The notes beneath the pieces were generated by a model. The model ran no database searches. It had not been told where the DNA came from and worked only from the letters and a program-made list of their open reading frames with translations. Source: Eledone cirrhosa (lineage: Eukaryota). Taken from it: a stretch of 64,000 nucleotides of DNA. The stretch lies in NCBI GenBank assembly GCA_964016885.1, contig OZ024745.1, forward strand, positions 15,376,001 through 15,440,000, given 5' to 3'. The position numbers and the translations under genes are program-made. Positions 13,141 to 26,747 of this stretch are shown piece by piece (positions within the stretch are counted from its first letter, which is position 1; each line of letters starts with the position of its first letter).

Positions 13141-13386
13141 AAGGCGCATAGCTTAGTGGTTAGAGCATTGGGCTTGCAATCGAAAGGTTGTGAGTTCAAT
13201 TCTCGGACCGGGTGATGTGTTGTTTCCTTGAGCAAGAGACTTTATTTCACGTTGCTCCAGTTTACTCAGCTGTAGAAATGAGATTATAGGACTGGGGTCC
13301 CTATCATTAAGTTACCCAAGAGACCGCCAACGAGATATACCTTGGAGGAGGCCAGCTAAACCTGCATAGGTGTGAGCTGTCACACA
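13141..13386 (+). mobile_element. tRNA-derived SINE (family 2)
   Basis: Near-identical to 5595-5838. Confidence 0.8.
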
Positions 13387-13799
13387 CAGCAGCACAAAAA
13401 AACAACAACAGAGGTTTCTCTTTTCCAAAAGTTTTCTGACCTTGTGGTTAAATTAGCAATCAATAGTACAGTTGTTATATGTACTCCACAAAAATTATAT
13501 TTCGGGTGAGGGATTGCTCACTCAAATAAAGATCTCAACACTTTACTTCAGTAGAATGAAAAATAATGCATCTTTGAATATCTACCATCTTTGAATATCT
13601 ACTAAAACTACGTTAACACAGGTACCATTTGTTATATTTAGATTCTTTCGAAACATTATCACAACTAATTTTGGTGGATTTTCCTATAAATATTTCGATA
13701 AGAAATGCTCTGACTGCTTGAAGAAAACTATTCTTAGTACAATGGGCCGTTTAGTAACGAATCTAGTTCGTTCCAGAAATTCTTTCATTACTTCACACC

Positions 13800-13996
13800 C
13801 GCGTCGATGGGGGGGGGGGGGGGCTGGAAAGTTCATAGATTCAAAAGTTCATTGGCTGACCAAGATACTCTCATGGAATGACGCCAAATGATGTTTATTT
13901 TTCAACATAGTCCCTGGAAAGAAACAATGCACTTAATAAAAACAAGATTTCACAGCCTTCATAGTCAGCTTATGAACATTTCAACCTACACTCGTA
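13800..13996. mobile_element. mariner-like MITE fragment
   Basis: GCTGAAAAGTTCATAGGCTGACCAAGATACTCTCATGGAATGAC-type motif, also at ~23260-23430, ~25632-25720 and ~36195-36380. Confidence 0.55.
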
Positions 13997-15409
13997 TATT
14001 CTTTATTCTCCTGTATGTTACATGTGACAACTAGCTGAGATGAAATCTGTAAATATATGTTTAAGAAATTGCTTGTTACATAATCTTACTTTAAGAATGA
14101 AAATGTCTTAATAACTCCAATTCTGACCACGTTATTCTATTATGTATGTCCTTTTATTGATCAGTCTTCTACACCACATAACACAATCCTTATAGAATTT
14201 AATCTCTTTTATTTGTCTTTCAAAATTTTATTTGATTCTTCGTCAAATGTTCTCAGCAATAACAAATAACATTAACAGCTTGCAAAACAACCTTTTAAAA
14301 CATTTCAATTATTGAAAACATTCTTAAAACTATCTAAATACATGTCAGAATGTATGTACAACATTTGTGAATCCAATAAAATTTGTTCGATCAATTTCCT
14401 TTATAAGAAAGAAAAGCAGCATTGAAGAGTAGACAAATATTTTGAGAAGTAGCAGAGCTCAGCTTTCATAATTGCTTTTCAATTTTCAATCAGTTCAAAA
14501 CAAATATAAGGAAAGCAAATAATTCTGTCGTTGCTCGTTTTGTTATTATTGTAAATCTATTTTATTATTAGGTCGATGTTTAAATTCAAATTGACACAAA
14601 ACTGGCAGTGATACAACATATTTCATTCATGTATATTAGGGTACGATTGTAACTCTTTAATTCAGCACAGTAAAGAATAGACACCAATAAAATGTAAAAA
14701 AAGGGTGTAAAAATATCCTATAATTCAACTATGTTGAATTGAATTGAATCGACAAAGAAAACCTATTTTTGGTAAAATTATTTGACAGTAATAAAATTTC
14801 TTCAAATGTTCTAATATAGAAAAACTCCCACAACGCAAAATCTATTTTGTATATTTAATGCAATTGTGGACCATTTATCTATTTGACTTAACATCGATAA
14901 CAAATTCAAATTTGAAAAAATTACATTTTAAAGCTATCTAAACACCACTCCAAACATATATACATGTATTTTCTCATTTCCTTTTAATTTTCTATTGATT
15001 TCTTCCCACATTGATCCAGGTCATATTTTATAAATTAATTTTACTGCAAATATTTCTTCTTGATGTTCTTTATATTTTCGTAAATATGTCTGTGTCTGTC
15101 ACAGATCATATTAATTCTCCTCGGTTGGACTATGATTTCAACAAACATTACTTTTGTTTCTCATAGAGTGTTTGTTATTCTAAATTCTATCACCTCAATA
15201 CAAACTATTTATTTGTTTATTTTTCTATCATTCTCTCATTTTTAAGTCAGAAAATCAATCCACACATTAACTACATTTCCTCATAGTAATCTACATATTA
15301 TCTTTAACACTAGGATTAATACCACTGTCTTACTCCTATAGTACTTTTATATTTGTCATGACCATTTATTTTCACTCTAGCTCTTCCTCTCCTCTCTTCT
15401 TTCTCAGCT

Positions 15410-15531
<122 letters not shown>

Positions 15532-15572
15532 CTCTCTCTCGCTCTCTCTCTCGCTCTCTCACACACACTAGA

Positions 15573-15619
<47 letters not shown>

Positions 15620-15668
15620 TATAGTGACGAAACATAAGTCAATTGCATGAACTCATAATCCTTTATTT

Positions 15669-15724
15669 ACTGCTATATATATTTCGATGATAGCCATTGA
15701 ATGGCTATGACCTCATCAGGCAGT
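15669..15724 (-). ncRNA. minimal type I hammerhead (family B, intact cores)
   Basis: ACTGC-CTGATGA-GGTCATAGCCAT tca ATGGCTATCATC-GAAA-TATATATA-GCAGT; palindromic AU stem III. Confidence 0.8.
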
Positions 15725-16473
15725 TAGTCACTTCTTAGATATGCCAGCTCTGTGTTTATAGTGTTGATGGTATCAGAGCCTTGGGACATATGAGCTTGTT
15801 AGGAATAATTTAATGTTGTCAGCAGGAATAGTCTTAATTCTCATTGGTCAGTTTGTAGATACTAGTAGGGTTGGTATTTGACCTCAAAGAGGCAGGTGGT
15901 GTTGTAAAGTTCAAACCGTCAGGCAAGATGACAATAGATCCACATGACTGATTTTCACAAAAAGCATTCCTGGTCAGATATATATTCAATTAAGGTTAAT
16001 AGTATGAAATAGATACTACAGGTCATTCTTAAATTGAGGAATTTATGTGGAGTGGTGCTACTGAAAATTATGGTTAGAGTAGAAAATTTACAAATAAAAA
16101 GACTTATGTGGTTGGCTTGCAGATACACTCACACCCACCTCCACAGATGCACACAAACATCCACACATACAAATTGAGGAATTAATGTGGGGTGGTAATA
16201 CTTAAAATAATGGTTAGAGTCAAATACTTAGATAGTTTAGAAAAAAATACTTATGTTGGTTGACTTGTACATACACTCACACCTACCCCCTCAGACACAC
16301 ACACATCTACACACACAAATCCATACAGGTGTGTATATATATATGTATACGCACAAGTGCATATATATATACAACAGAGGCCCCCAAATCCAATATATAT
16401 ATATTTATATCCCCCAAGGCTCTGATACCATCAACACTATAAACACAGAGCTGGCATATCTAAGAACTGACTA

Positions 16474-16529
16474 ACTGCCTGATGAGGTCATAGCCATTCA
16501 ATGGCTATCATCAAAATATATATAGCAGT
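16474..16529 (+). ncRNA. hammerhead family B, G12A-mutated copy
   Basis: Same as 15669-15724 but GAAA reads AAAA at 16513. Confidence 0.7.
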
Positions 16530-16874
16530 AAATAAAGGATTATGAGTTCATGCAACTGACTTATGTTTCGTCACTATTATAACTCCGGAACTTATATCTT
16601 CGTTGAGTGCTCCCTATCCGCATACTGAAGTACTGGATTTTACCAACACTTACTTTCTTGCTTATCTATATATATATATATATGTATTATATTATATTAT
16701 ATTATATTATATAGAAATGACTTCGACAGTACTAGAATTGTTTTATTCGTACATAATCACCAGCACATTCCTGATAATTTCATAAATAAAAAGTGTCTAT
16801 ACTCTACCAATGTATTGAGTAACCTTTTGACTGTGGTTAACCTCGACAAGACTCGCTAAACTCTCTCCCTCTCC

Positions 16875-16911
<37 letters not shown>

Positions 16912-17179
16912 AACGGGAAAAAACGAAACGATATTTCATTTCCCCCTCTTAGTACGGCTGTTACTTAAATATATGTATGTACACGTACATACATATATGT
17001 ATACAGACGTACAGTAGTATGTATATATATATACATACATGCACACATATATATATATGTACGTATGGATTCATCGAATATTTATTATAATGCTCGGTGT
17101 GTTTGTAAACAAACATCCCGTATTAAGCCGTAGTGTCTAGCAACCACCGCTGCTCGTTTGTTCAACACTGACAAAGGAA

Positions 17180-17220
17180 CGCTGTACTAGTTTCAAGCTT
17201 GTTAGCTATCGTCAGCAACG
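17180..17220 (-). ncRNA. minimal type I hammerhead (family C)
   Basis: CGTTG-CTGACGA-TAGCT aaca AGCTT-GAAAC-TA-GTA-CAGCG. Confidence 0.85.
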
Positions 17221-17617
17221 TATACCTTCCTGCCAGATTGTTGAAAGTATATACTTACCTTATGCATATTAACGGCTGAGTAGCCCAATATGCATATCGA
17301 GTGGGTTAATCGGCCGGGTGCACCGAAAACGATAAACGGAAAAAAACGGAACGATATTTCATTTCCCACTCTTAGTGCAGCTGTTACTTAAATATATGTA
17401 TGTACACGTACATACACATATGTATACAGACGTACAGTAGTATGTATGTATATTTACATACATGCACACATATATATATGCACGTATGGATTCACCGAAT
17501 ATTTATTACAATGCTCGGTGTGTTTGTAAACAAACATCCCGTATGCAAATTGGGCTACTCAGCCGTTAATATGCATAAGGTAAGTATATACTTTCAACAA
17601 TCTGGCAGGAAGGTATA

Positions 17618-17658
17618 CGTTGCTGACGTTAGCTAACAAGCTTGAAACTAGTACAGCG
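17618..17658 (+). ncRNA. hammerhead family C, A9U-mutated copy
   Basis: Core reads CTGACGT instead of CTGACGA. Confidence 0.75.
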
Positions 17659-18027
17659 TTCCTTTGTCAGTGTTGAACAAACGAGCAGCGGTGGTTGCTA
17701 GACACTACGGCTTAATACGGGATGTTATAATAAATATAATAATAAATATTCGGTGAATCCATACGTGCATATATATATGTGTGCATGTATGTATATATAC
17801 ATACATACTACTGTACGTCTGTATACATATGTGTATGTACGTGTACATGGATATATTTAAGTAACAGCCGTACTAAGAGTGGGAAATGAAATATCGTTTC
17901 GTTTTTTTCCGTTTATCGTTTTCGGTGCACCCGGCCGATTAACCCACTCGATATGCAAATTGGGCTACTCAGTCATTAATATGCATAAGGTAAGTATATA
18001 CTTTCAACAATCTGGCAGGAAGGTATA

Positions 18028-18068
18028 CGTTGCTGACGATAGCTAACAAGCTTGAAACTAGTACAGCG
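18028..18068 (+). ncRNA. minimal type I hammerhead (family C)
   Basis: CGTTG-CTGACGA-TAGCT aaca AGCTT-GAAAC-TA-GTA-CAGCG; palindromic stem III ACTAGT. Confidence 0.85.
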
Positions 18069-18448
18069 TTCCTTTGTCAGTGTTGAACAAACGAGCAACG
18101 GTGGTTGCTAGACACTACGGCTTAATACGGGATGTTTGTTTACAAACACACCGAGCATTATAATAAATATTCGGTGAATCCATACGTGCATATATATATG
18201 TGTGCATGTATGTATATATACATACATACTACTGTACGCCTGTATACATATGTGTATGTACGTGTACATACATATATTTAAGTAACAGCCGTACTAAGAG
18301 TGGGAAATGAAATATCGTTTCGTTTTTTTCCGTTTATCGTTTTCGGTGCACCCGGCCGATTAACCCACTCGATATGCAAATTGGGCTACTCAGCCGTTAA
18401 TATGCATAAGGTAAGTATATACTTTCAACAATCTGGCAGGAAGGTATA

Positions 18449-18489
18449 CGTTGCTGACGATAGCTAACAAGCTTGAAACTAGTACAGCG
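18449..18489 (+). ncRNA. minimal type I hammerhead (family C)
   Basis: Identical motif 421 nt downstream of the previous copy. Confidence 0.85.
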
Positions 18490-18804
18490 TTCCTTTGTCA
18501 GTGTTGAACAAACGAGCAACGGTGGTTGCTAGACACTACGGCTTAATACGGGATGTTTGTTTACAAACACACCGATCATCATAATAAATATTCGGTGAAT
18601 CCATACGTGCATATATATATGTGTGCATGTACGTATATATACATACATAGTACTGTACGTCTGTATACATATGTGTATGTACGTGTACATACATATATAT
18701 ATATAAACCTGTTTCTACATCATCCACTCTCATCCCAGGAACAGTTTTGATAGCGCTAGTTTGTGATTTAAATTCAGGAATTTTATATTCTTTGAATGAA
18801 AAGA

Positions 18805-18888
18805 ACCTTCTGACGAGAATCTTTCTTTGCAACGAAGGCCGTATGGTCTCCGTTTTATTTTTGGGATTCGAAACCGATCGGTAAAGGT
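18805..18888 (+). ncRNA. type I hammerhead (family D)
   Basis: ACCTT-CTGACGA-GAATCT[...]GGATTC-GAAAC-CGATCG-GTA-AAGGT; palindromic stem III ACCGATCGGT. Confidence 0.9.
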
Positions 18889-19287
18889 AACTATAGTAGG
18901 TAAAGTCAATTTTTTAAAATTTATTTTGAAACTTTTTCATTATTTGCTAAACCTTGTTTATATTTGTTCTGGCTCGTTGATTTATTAACCCGCCATTGAA
19001 CCACACTGGCATTTGGTTGGACAATACATGCGTACCTTGGCGCCTTGTGCGTGAAGGAACGTATATCCTATTACTACTACCTCCACTAATGTTGAGAACA
19101 AATTTGGTTGTTCTGACTGCTGCTAGCAATAGCTGTGGCTAGTTCGACCTACCTCCTTTTGCCTCTATCTTTGCTTCGGCCCTTGATAAACCTGTTTCTA
19201 CATCATCCACTCTCATCCCAGGAACAGTTTTGATAGCGCTAGTTTGTGATTTAAATTCAGGAATTTTATATTCTTTGAATGAAAAGA

Positions 19288-19371
19288 ACCTTCTGACGAG
19301 AATCTTTCTTTGCAACGAAGGCCGTATGGTCTCCGTTTTATTTTTGGGATTCGAAACCGATCGGTAAAGGT
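19288..19371 (+). ncRNA. type I hammerhead (family D), second copy
   Basis: Identical to 18805-18888. Confidence 0.9.
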
Positions 19372-19438
19372 AACTATAGTAGGTAAAGTCAATTTTTTAA
19401 AATTTATTTTGAAACTTTTTCATTATTTGCTAAACCTT

Positions 19439-19513
<75 letters not shown>

Positions 19514-19556
19514 GTTATAGGAATAACCAAAGAGTGCTTAGAAATACATTGTTTTA

Positions 19557-19608
19557 TTAGCTAACAGTGTTTCATCCATACACTATGGCAGGAATCCTCA
19601 GAGCCTAA
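19557..19608 (-). ncRNA. minimal type I hammerhead (family E)
   Basis: TTAGGCT-CTGAGGA-TTCCTGC catagt GTATGGAT-GAAAC-ACT-GTT-AGCTAA; ~50 nt upstream of a (TA)n tract. Confidence 0.7.
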
Positions 19609-20058
19609 ACATGAGTATATCAGTAGTTGCTCCATCGAACTGCGTCACCAGAATCAGGTTAAATGACCAGCAAGGGGGGTCCCCACACTGTCATACCAAG
19701 GACAATATATCTACATGTCTGGTCATATTGATATATTTGTCAACGAAATATATATATACATATGTATATATGCTCCCTTTGTCTCTCCCTTCTACTTTAC
19801 TTCTCTCTGTCACTCCTTAATTTATCGTAATGCTGTTTTAGTCTATCACGTCTTCCAAATGACACAAAACAAAACACTTTCTGCCATTTCATATTCGATA
19901 TCTTCCTCGATTTCTCTCTCCTACCTTCTCTCCTTCACTTGTCATTCCACTTCTCTTCCTAATATATTCGTCCTCTATTTTGATCATCATCATCACCATC
20001 ATCATACATATGTTCTGACATATATAAACATTCACACATACACACACATATATATGTA

Positions 20059-20953
20059 CGAGGTGTGTCGGAAACGTTCCAGGACTGATGTCACAAAATA
20101 TTTATTTCAAACCCAAACTTCACACTAAGAGTTTTCTCCTTCAAAGTAATCCCCCTGGAGTCTAGTGCACTTTTCCATCCTTTTCTGCCACGCTTGCATG
20201 CATTCCTGCTAGGATTCTTCCGGGATCTTCCTCAGTTCCGTCGTCACAGCCTTTTTGATGTCGTCCACGTCTTCAAAACGGGTCCCCTCCGGGTCGTACT
20301 TGAAGATCCATGACTCACCGGTGATGACTGTCCCTAGCAAGTCTGGTTCGGTTTCAAGATGCTCTAGGATGTCCTGGCACACTTGCATTCGTCAACCCTT
20401 CTGGTCACCGTTCAACAGTTTTGGCACCTTCTTCGCGCAGACTTACTGCATGTCCAAATCTTCAGTGAGAATCTTCCAGACGCTGTCTCGATTCATGCCC
20501 AGCTCATTTGCCATCAGTCGAACAGTCAGCCGACGGTCGCTACGCACCATCTACTTGACGCGCTCAACGTTGACCTCAGTCCTGGTTGTTGAGGGCCTTC
20601 CGCTCCTGGGGTCATCTTCCACGTCCTCGCGTCCTTCTTTAAACCTCTTGCACCACTCAAAAATACGTGAGCGTGACTTCGTCTCATCTTTATACACTTG
20701 CTGCAGCGGAGTTTTCCCCAACCGTACCTGAAACCTCAAGTTTGTTCGTTGCTCTGTGCTAATTGCTTGACAACCTGAAACAGAGGACATGTCTATAAAA
20801 TTATGGAGAAAAATGTTTGATCGCTGCAGAGAGCTAAGATTACAGTTACATACTCCAGGGGGATTACTTTGAAGGAGAAAACTGTTAGTGTTAATTTTGG
20901 GTGTGAAATAAATCTTTTGTGACATCAGTCCTGGAACTTTTCTGACACACCTC

Positions 20954-20954
<1 letters not shown>
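20059..20954 (-). mobile_element. internally deleted mariner (Tc1/mariner) transposon
   Basis: ~100-bp TIRs starting CGAGGTGTGTC with TA on both flanks. Minus translation EQRTNLRFQVRLGK...FEWCKRFKEGREDVEDDPRSGRPST (HTH), KVPKLL, C-terminal GDYFEG; contains stops and most of the catalytic domain is missing. Confidence 0.92.
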
Positions 20955-21005
<51 letters not shown>

Positions 21006-21030
21006 TTCTATATATATGCATATATAAATA

Positions 21031-21064
<34 letters not shown>

Positions 21065-21185
21065 CATTTCTAGATATATGCATATATAAATATATATATA
21101 CATGTATATATGCATATATAAATATATATATACATGTGTATGTATATGTATATGTGTGTGTGTATATATGTATATATGTGTATAC

Positions 21186-21977
<792 letters not shown>

Positions 21978-22473
21978 AGTAATTTAGGCTAAATTACTAC
22001 TATGGTTCATAGTATTATTTTGGCTACTGTCTTTTTAACACCCCACTCCTCACTGATTAACCTCGATGTCACGTGATTGATTCTTTTGAATTTGCCCCTG
22101 ACCAGGAAGGCAGTGAAATTTTCAGTGTCTTGGAATTTAGTCCGCGCTTGCTTTTTTCCATCCACTGAATTATTTTTGTATAAGTTCCCTGTGTCCGCGT
22201 ATTGCCAGGAATCTTAGCCGATAATGACTCCCTGATGAAGAAAGGATTCTCCATGGTCTCCATTTGAAGACTATGTATATCCCCTTTCAGAAACTAATTA
22301 GTTGGAGTGAAATTTAAGTAAGTAAGTTAATTACTATAATTTTCTTATTTTACGTCTTTTATATAATTGTTCTACACCTCTTTGTATTGAACCACAAAGT
22401 TACTAAGACAAAACCTATATATTTGCTAGCGTAAGTATACATCTGTATAAATATGTTGGTAGATATACTAATT

Positions 22474-22537
<64 letters not shown>

Positions 22538-22639
22538 CTTTTTTCGATCGACTTTCGTGAAATCGGACCGAGGTAACAATATTTCCGTCGGTCTTTCCAG
22601 TTGCTAATACTATCTATCGGTCGCAACTCCAGGTAGAAG

Positions 22640-22758
22640 GAGCAACGTGAAATAAAGTGTCTTGCTCAAGGACATAACGCATTGCCCGGTCCAGGAATCG
22701 AACTCACAACCTCAAGATCGTGAATCCAATTCTCTAACCACTCAGCCATACGCCTTCA
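22640..22758 (-). mobile_element. SINE family 2
   Basis: Reverse complement of GGCGTATGGCTGAGTGGTTAGAG...GAGTTCGATTCC...CCTTGAGCAAGACACTTTATTTCACGTTGCTCC. Confidence 0.75.
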
Positions 22759-24522
22759 CCTGTATATATATACATATATATACATATGTATATATATATA
22801 CATATATATATATACATATATATACATATGTATGCAGATATACACATACATACATATATACACGCTTGAGTGCTACTGGTAACATGTAACCCAGTACAAC
22901 CTGTCACATAGTCGGATCGTCGGCGACTAAACCGGCAACCCCACCAAGTTTACTTGGTGGGAAGGATAATTTTGGACACCCTGTAGGACAAAAAACAAAA
23001 CCTGACAATGGGCGGAAGAACTCATAAGAGTCAACGGCCATCCAAAAGTGTGTAAATATGTATATACACATGTACATATGTATGTATATGTGTATGTGAT
23101 ATACATGGGTGCATGTGTATGTATATGCGCGGGTGCATAGAAATAGACGGGCTGGATACCCGATCGCGCGGTTAAACCACTGGGAGTGAAGGACCCCTAG
23201 CCTTTGACAGGGCATTCTTCTAGGAGAAAGCAACTCAGGAAACTGGGATAACTCCGATCTATGTTGAAAAATAAACCCCATTCGGTCATTCCATGGGAGT
23301 ATCTTGGTCAGCCTTTAAACATTTTCAGCCTATAAAGGGGTGATGCTAGAGCTGTAAAACCATGCATTAATGTCTACTGTTCTTATTAATAACTGTATTG
23401 TATCTTGGTCAGCCTATGAACTTGTGTGGCTCAAATAGTTCTCTCCTTAAATAAAATTATATAATTCAAACTTGATTCTCATGAAATAGATTTACCATTC
23501 ATTCCCTCTTCAGCATTTTACACTGTTGATAAAAAATTACCCCTAACATTGAATACCTGTTAGGGGAACTTACACTTTGTTCCACAGGCCAGCGCTTCAA
23601 AGAAAATCTTATAAGAAAATATACAAATTAATTAAATGACGGTGAGGAGCCATTGAAAATAATTCTCCTTTCAAGCAACTAGAAGGAAGTTAACAAAAAG
23701 CGGCTATATAGAATGAGTTCTTAGTGACATGCATTAACATTTCATTCGTAAATGTCATCATCTAGTGTCGAAAAGTATTACGCAAGGGAATTACCGGCTT
23801 TGTAATTAGAGGCAGTTAATGAACTTTACTTAACATTTAAGAAACTTGCGCTGAGTGAATTTGAAATTGGTGGAAGGGAAAGCAGCAACATTTAAGATTG
23901 AAGCTGGATTTCCAGATATATGCCGTGGATTGGCAGTATCAGTAGAGCGTATGACCACATGCTTTGTGGCATTGAGTTACGTCCCTTTACGTCCTGATTT
24001 CAAATCCTGACGAGGTAGCTTTGCTTTTCATCGGAGTCGATAAAATAGTTGTCAATTATCACCTGTATATTTTTCACGTCGTTGCTAGTTACCATTAAAG
24101 AGATTGTTATTCCTACCACCGTAAGCTTCGTCTTTCATTCTTAAGGGGCCGATAAAATAAAGTACCACAAACGTACAGGGGGGGGGGTCAATTTAATTGA
24201 CTTCCCCCTCACCAAAATCGTTGTCTTCTGCCTAAATCATAACCCATATTTGTTAGAATATGCATCCACTGCTTACAGTATGCTACTAAGCAATACAGCG
24301 GTTAAAAGAGTATTTTTCATGTTTAACACAATAACACGATATAATTAGATGATGTTACAGAACAAAACAATGGTTGCTTTGAGTTTACCCCTTGACGAAG
24401 TACAACTCACGTAGCTACAAAAATATAAAGCAATAGTGACGTATTAAAATCTTAATCTTTAAATTGTTTTGACTTTTATATTAAATGATCAACTAAGTAA
24501 ATTAGAACCAACATGCAATCTT

Positions 24523-24587
<65 letters not shown>

Positions 24588-24672
24588 ATGCGTGTGTGTG
24601 TGTGTATATGCATACGTGTGTGTATATATGTATATATATATATACATGTATATATATATGTATATATATATG

Positions 24673-24703
<31 letters not shown>

Positions 24704-24749
24704 ATGTATATATATATATGTGTGTATATATATTCATATATATATATAT

Positions 24750-24808
<59 letters not shown>

Positions 24809-25294
24809 TTGGGGTGAGATGTAGAAAAAAATCTGAATATGAGAAAATTCTTTGTTTTCCAAAATCATTATCTCAAATGTTAAAATGTAGCAATTCGAAG
24901 AAATTATTTCTTTGAAAATCTATAATAAATGTAATTTTCTATGTGTTTGTTTGCGTGGTTTTCAGGGTTCACAAATATAAGTATTATAATCAAGTATTAA
25001 ATTAAACTGCAAGGTAAAATATGACGCTACCAGTTCGTATCGTTCTCCTGTTCCAAAAGGGAATCTTCTTTATTTATAATCGATTCTTAACAGTTAGCGC
25101 CCCTAGAACATAGACTATGGAGTATACGAGAGTTAATAAAAAAAGAATTTTATTCGAAAACAGATGCGGGTTCGAATCCTATCGAAGGATTTATGCTTGG
25201 TTGTCTTTGATATGCATCTGTGTAATCTGTGTATTATTAGTTCACATTCCAGCTTTGATTTATTAACTTGTGGAAGGCCATTATTTTGTAGATA

Positions 25295-25487
25295 AAGGGG
25301 CGGTGAATTGGTAGAATCGGTAGAGGGTTGGACGCCATGCTTTCTAGCATAGTTACGTCCCTTTATGGTCTGAGTTCAAATCCCATCGAGGTTAAATTTC
25401 CCTTTAATCCTTATCGGGTCGATAAAATAAAGTACCAGTAATGTACTGGGTAATTGCTGGCCCTGCGCCAAAAGTAGAAACAATTAT
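25295..25487 (+). mobile_element. SINE family 1
   Basis: Full-length match to 58756-58946. Confidence 0.8.
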
Positions 25488-26747
25488 TTTGTAGATAACA
25501 GATATCGCTGTATTAAATAAAGCGCATGACGAAATATATCGGTGCAACTTTGTATCATTTGCATGTTTTCCATTTCCAAACATTTGTACACATTAATAGA
25601 TGCATTACGAATCACACGCGTGCACCCACATATGAAAAGGTCGGCTGAAAAGTTGATAGGCTGAACAAGATACTCTCATGGAATGACCAAACATAGTCCT
25701 TGAAAAGAAATAATGCAGTTATCTGAATACAGCAGATTTCTTCCGGAGATGGATAGAGAGAAAGGAAGTGGGAAAGAGATATAGAAGAAGAATCGACCCC
25801 AGTACTGGACTGAAACTTTTTTTATCGACTTTGAATGGATAAAAGGCAAAGTTGACCCCAGAGGAATTTGAACTCAGAGAGCAGAGAGTCGGAACGAATA
25901 CAGCAAAGCATTCTATCCAAGGTTATAATGATTCTGCCAATTGACTGCTTTTATTGAATATGCATTCGTCTATAAATGTTGGGTATTGTCTTAATAAAAT
26001 ATTATATTTTTGAAACAAACATAAATAATCTTTAATTTGTTTCATCGTAGACCAACCAAATCGGAATCATCGATATAAAAGTATGTATTTAGTCAACACA
26101 AACGTCCAGATAAATTGACGCATTTAACTAACACATACGTAGAAGGATTGAACCATGAACTTGTAATATAAGGCTTGAAAATTCAATTAATCTTCAGGCA
26201 CATTTTTGTGACATCTTAGTAGATAATTAAATTTCAAATCAATTCTTTTTGAAGAAGTTTCTGATTTAGAAATTCTTCGTAAGCAGAATATTGCATCTCT
26301 GTTATGTTAAAATGTACTACCATATATTTCTCGTCACTAGATATATCCATAATCATAATTGTCTTACTAATTCTATGAACGTTTCACCAATGGTATAGCT
26401 TGATAATGTGAAGACTTCGTTAGGTGCTCAAAATTGATTTCTTAAGAGTTAATACTTGAAAGAGACACAACCAATTGAAATGTTTCACTAGTGTTTGTGT
26501 TATCGTCTGAGAAGAGATGAAAGTCAAAGTTTATCACAACTGGATTTAAATTTGAAGTTAAGACAGTAGAATGTAAAAACTGTAAAACTTTCACTTTGGT
26601 TCTCTATTGTCAGCTTTATATCAATTACCTTTGTAAAAGGCGACGAAATAGCAAACGTCGTTAGAACGTTGGATAGAATGCTCTGCAGTATTAGTTTCCG
26701 GTTCTGAGTTCAGATTATGACGAGATCATCTTTGCAGTCTTTTGAAG

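Larger units (their letters stand above)
15621..16666. mobile_element. fold-back PLE remnant (family B) with inverted pLTRs
   Basis: ~165-bp inverted repeats at 15621-15785 and 16413-16577, each with an HHR. Both outer ends lie in (TA)n. Confidence 0.8.
16911..18704. mobile_element. tandem array of ~421-bp hammerhead-containing units (non-LTR retrozyme-like, family C)
   Basis: ~1.5 units on the minus strand (16911-17543), then ~2.8 units on plus. HHRs start at 17180(-), 17618, 18028 and 18449. (TA)n at both ends; no real ORF. Confidence 0.9.
18703..19446 (+). mobile_element. partial-tandem retrozyme-like element (family D, 483-nt period)
   Basis: ~260-bp direct repeats at 18703-18963 and 19186-19446, each with an HHR; flanked by (TA)n. 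Confidence 0.85.

Noticed and set aside
22865-23260. Possible HDV-like ribozyme in an RTE 5'-UTR-like repeat (related piece at 13020-13100)
   Set aside because: I could not build the nested double pseudoknot by hand; it needs a descriptor search.
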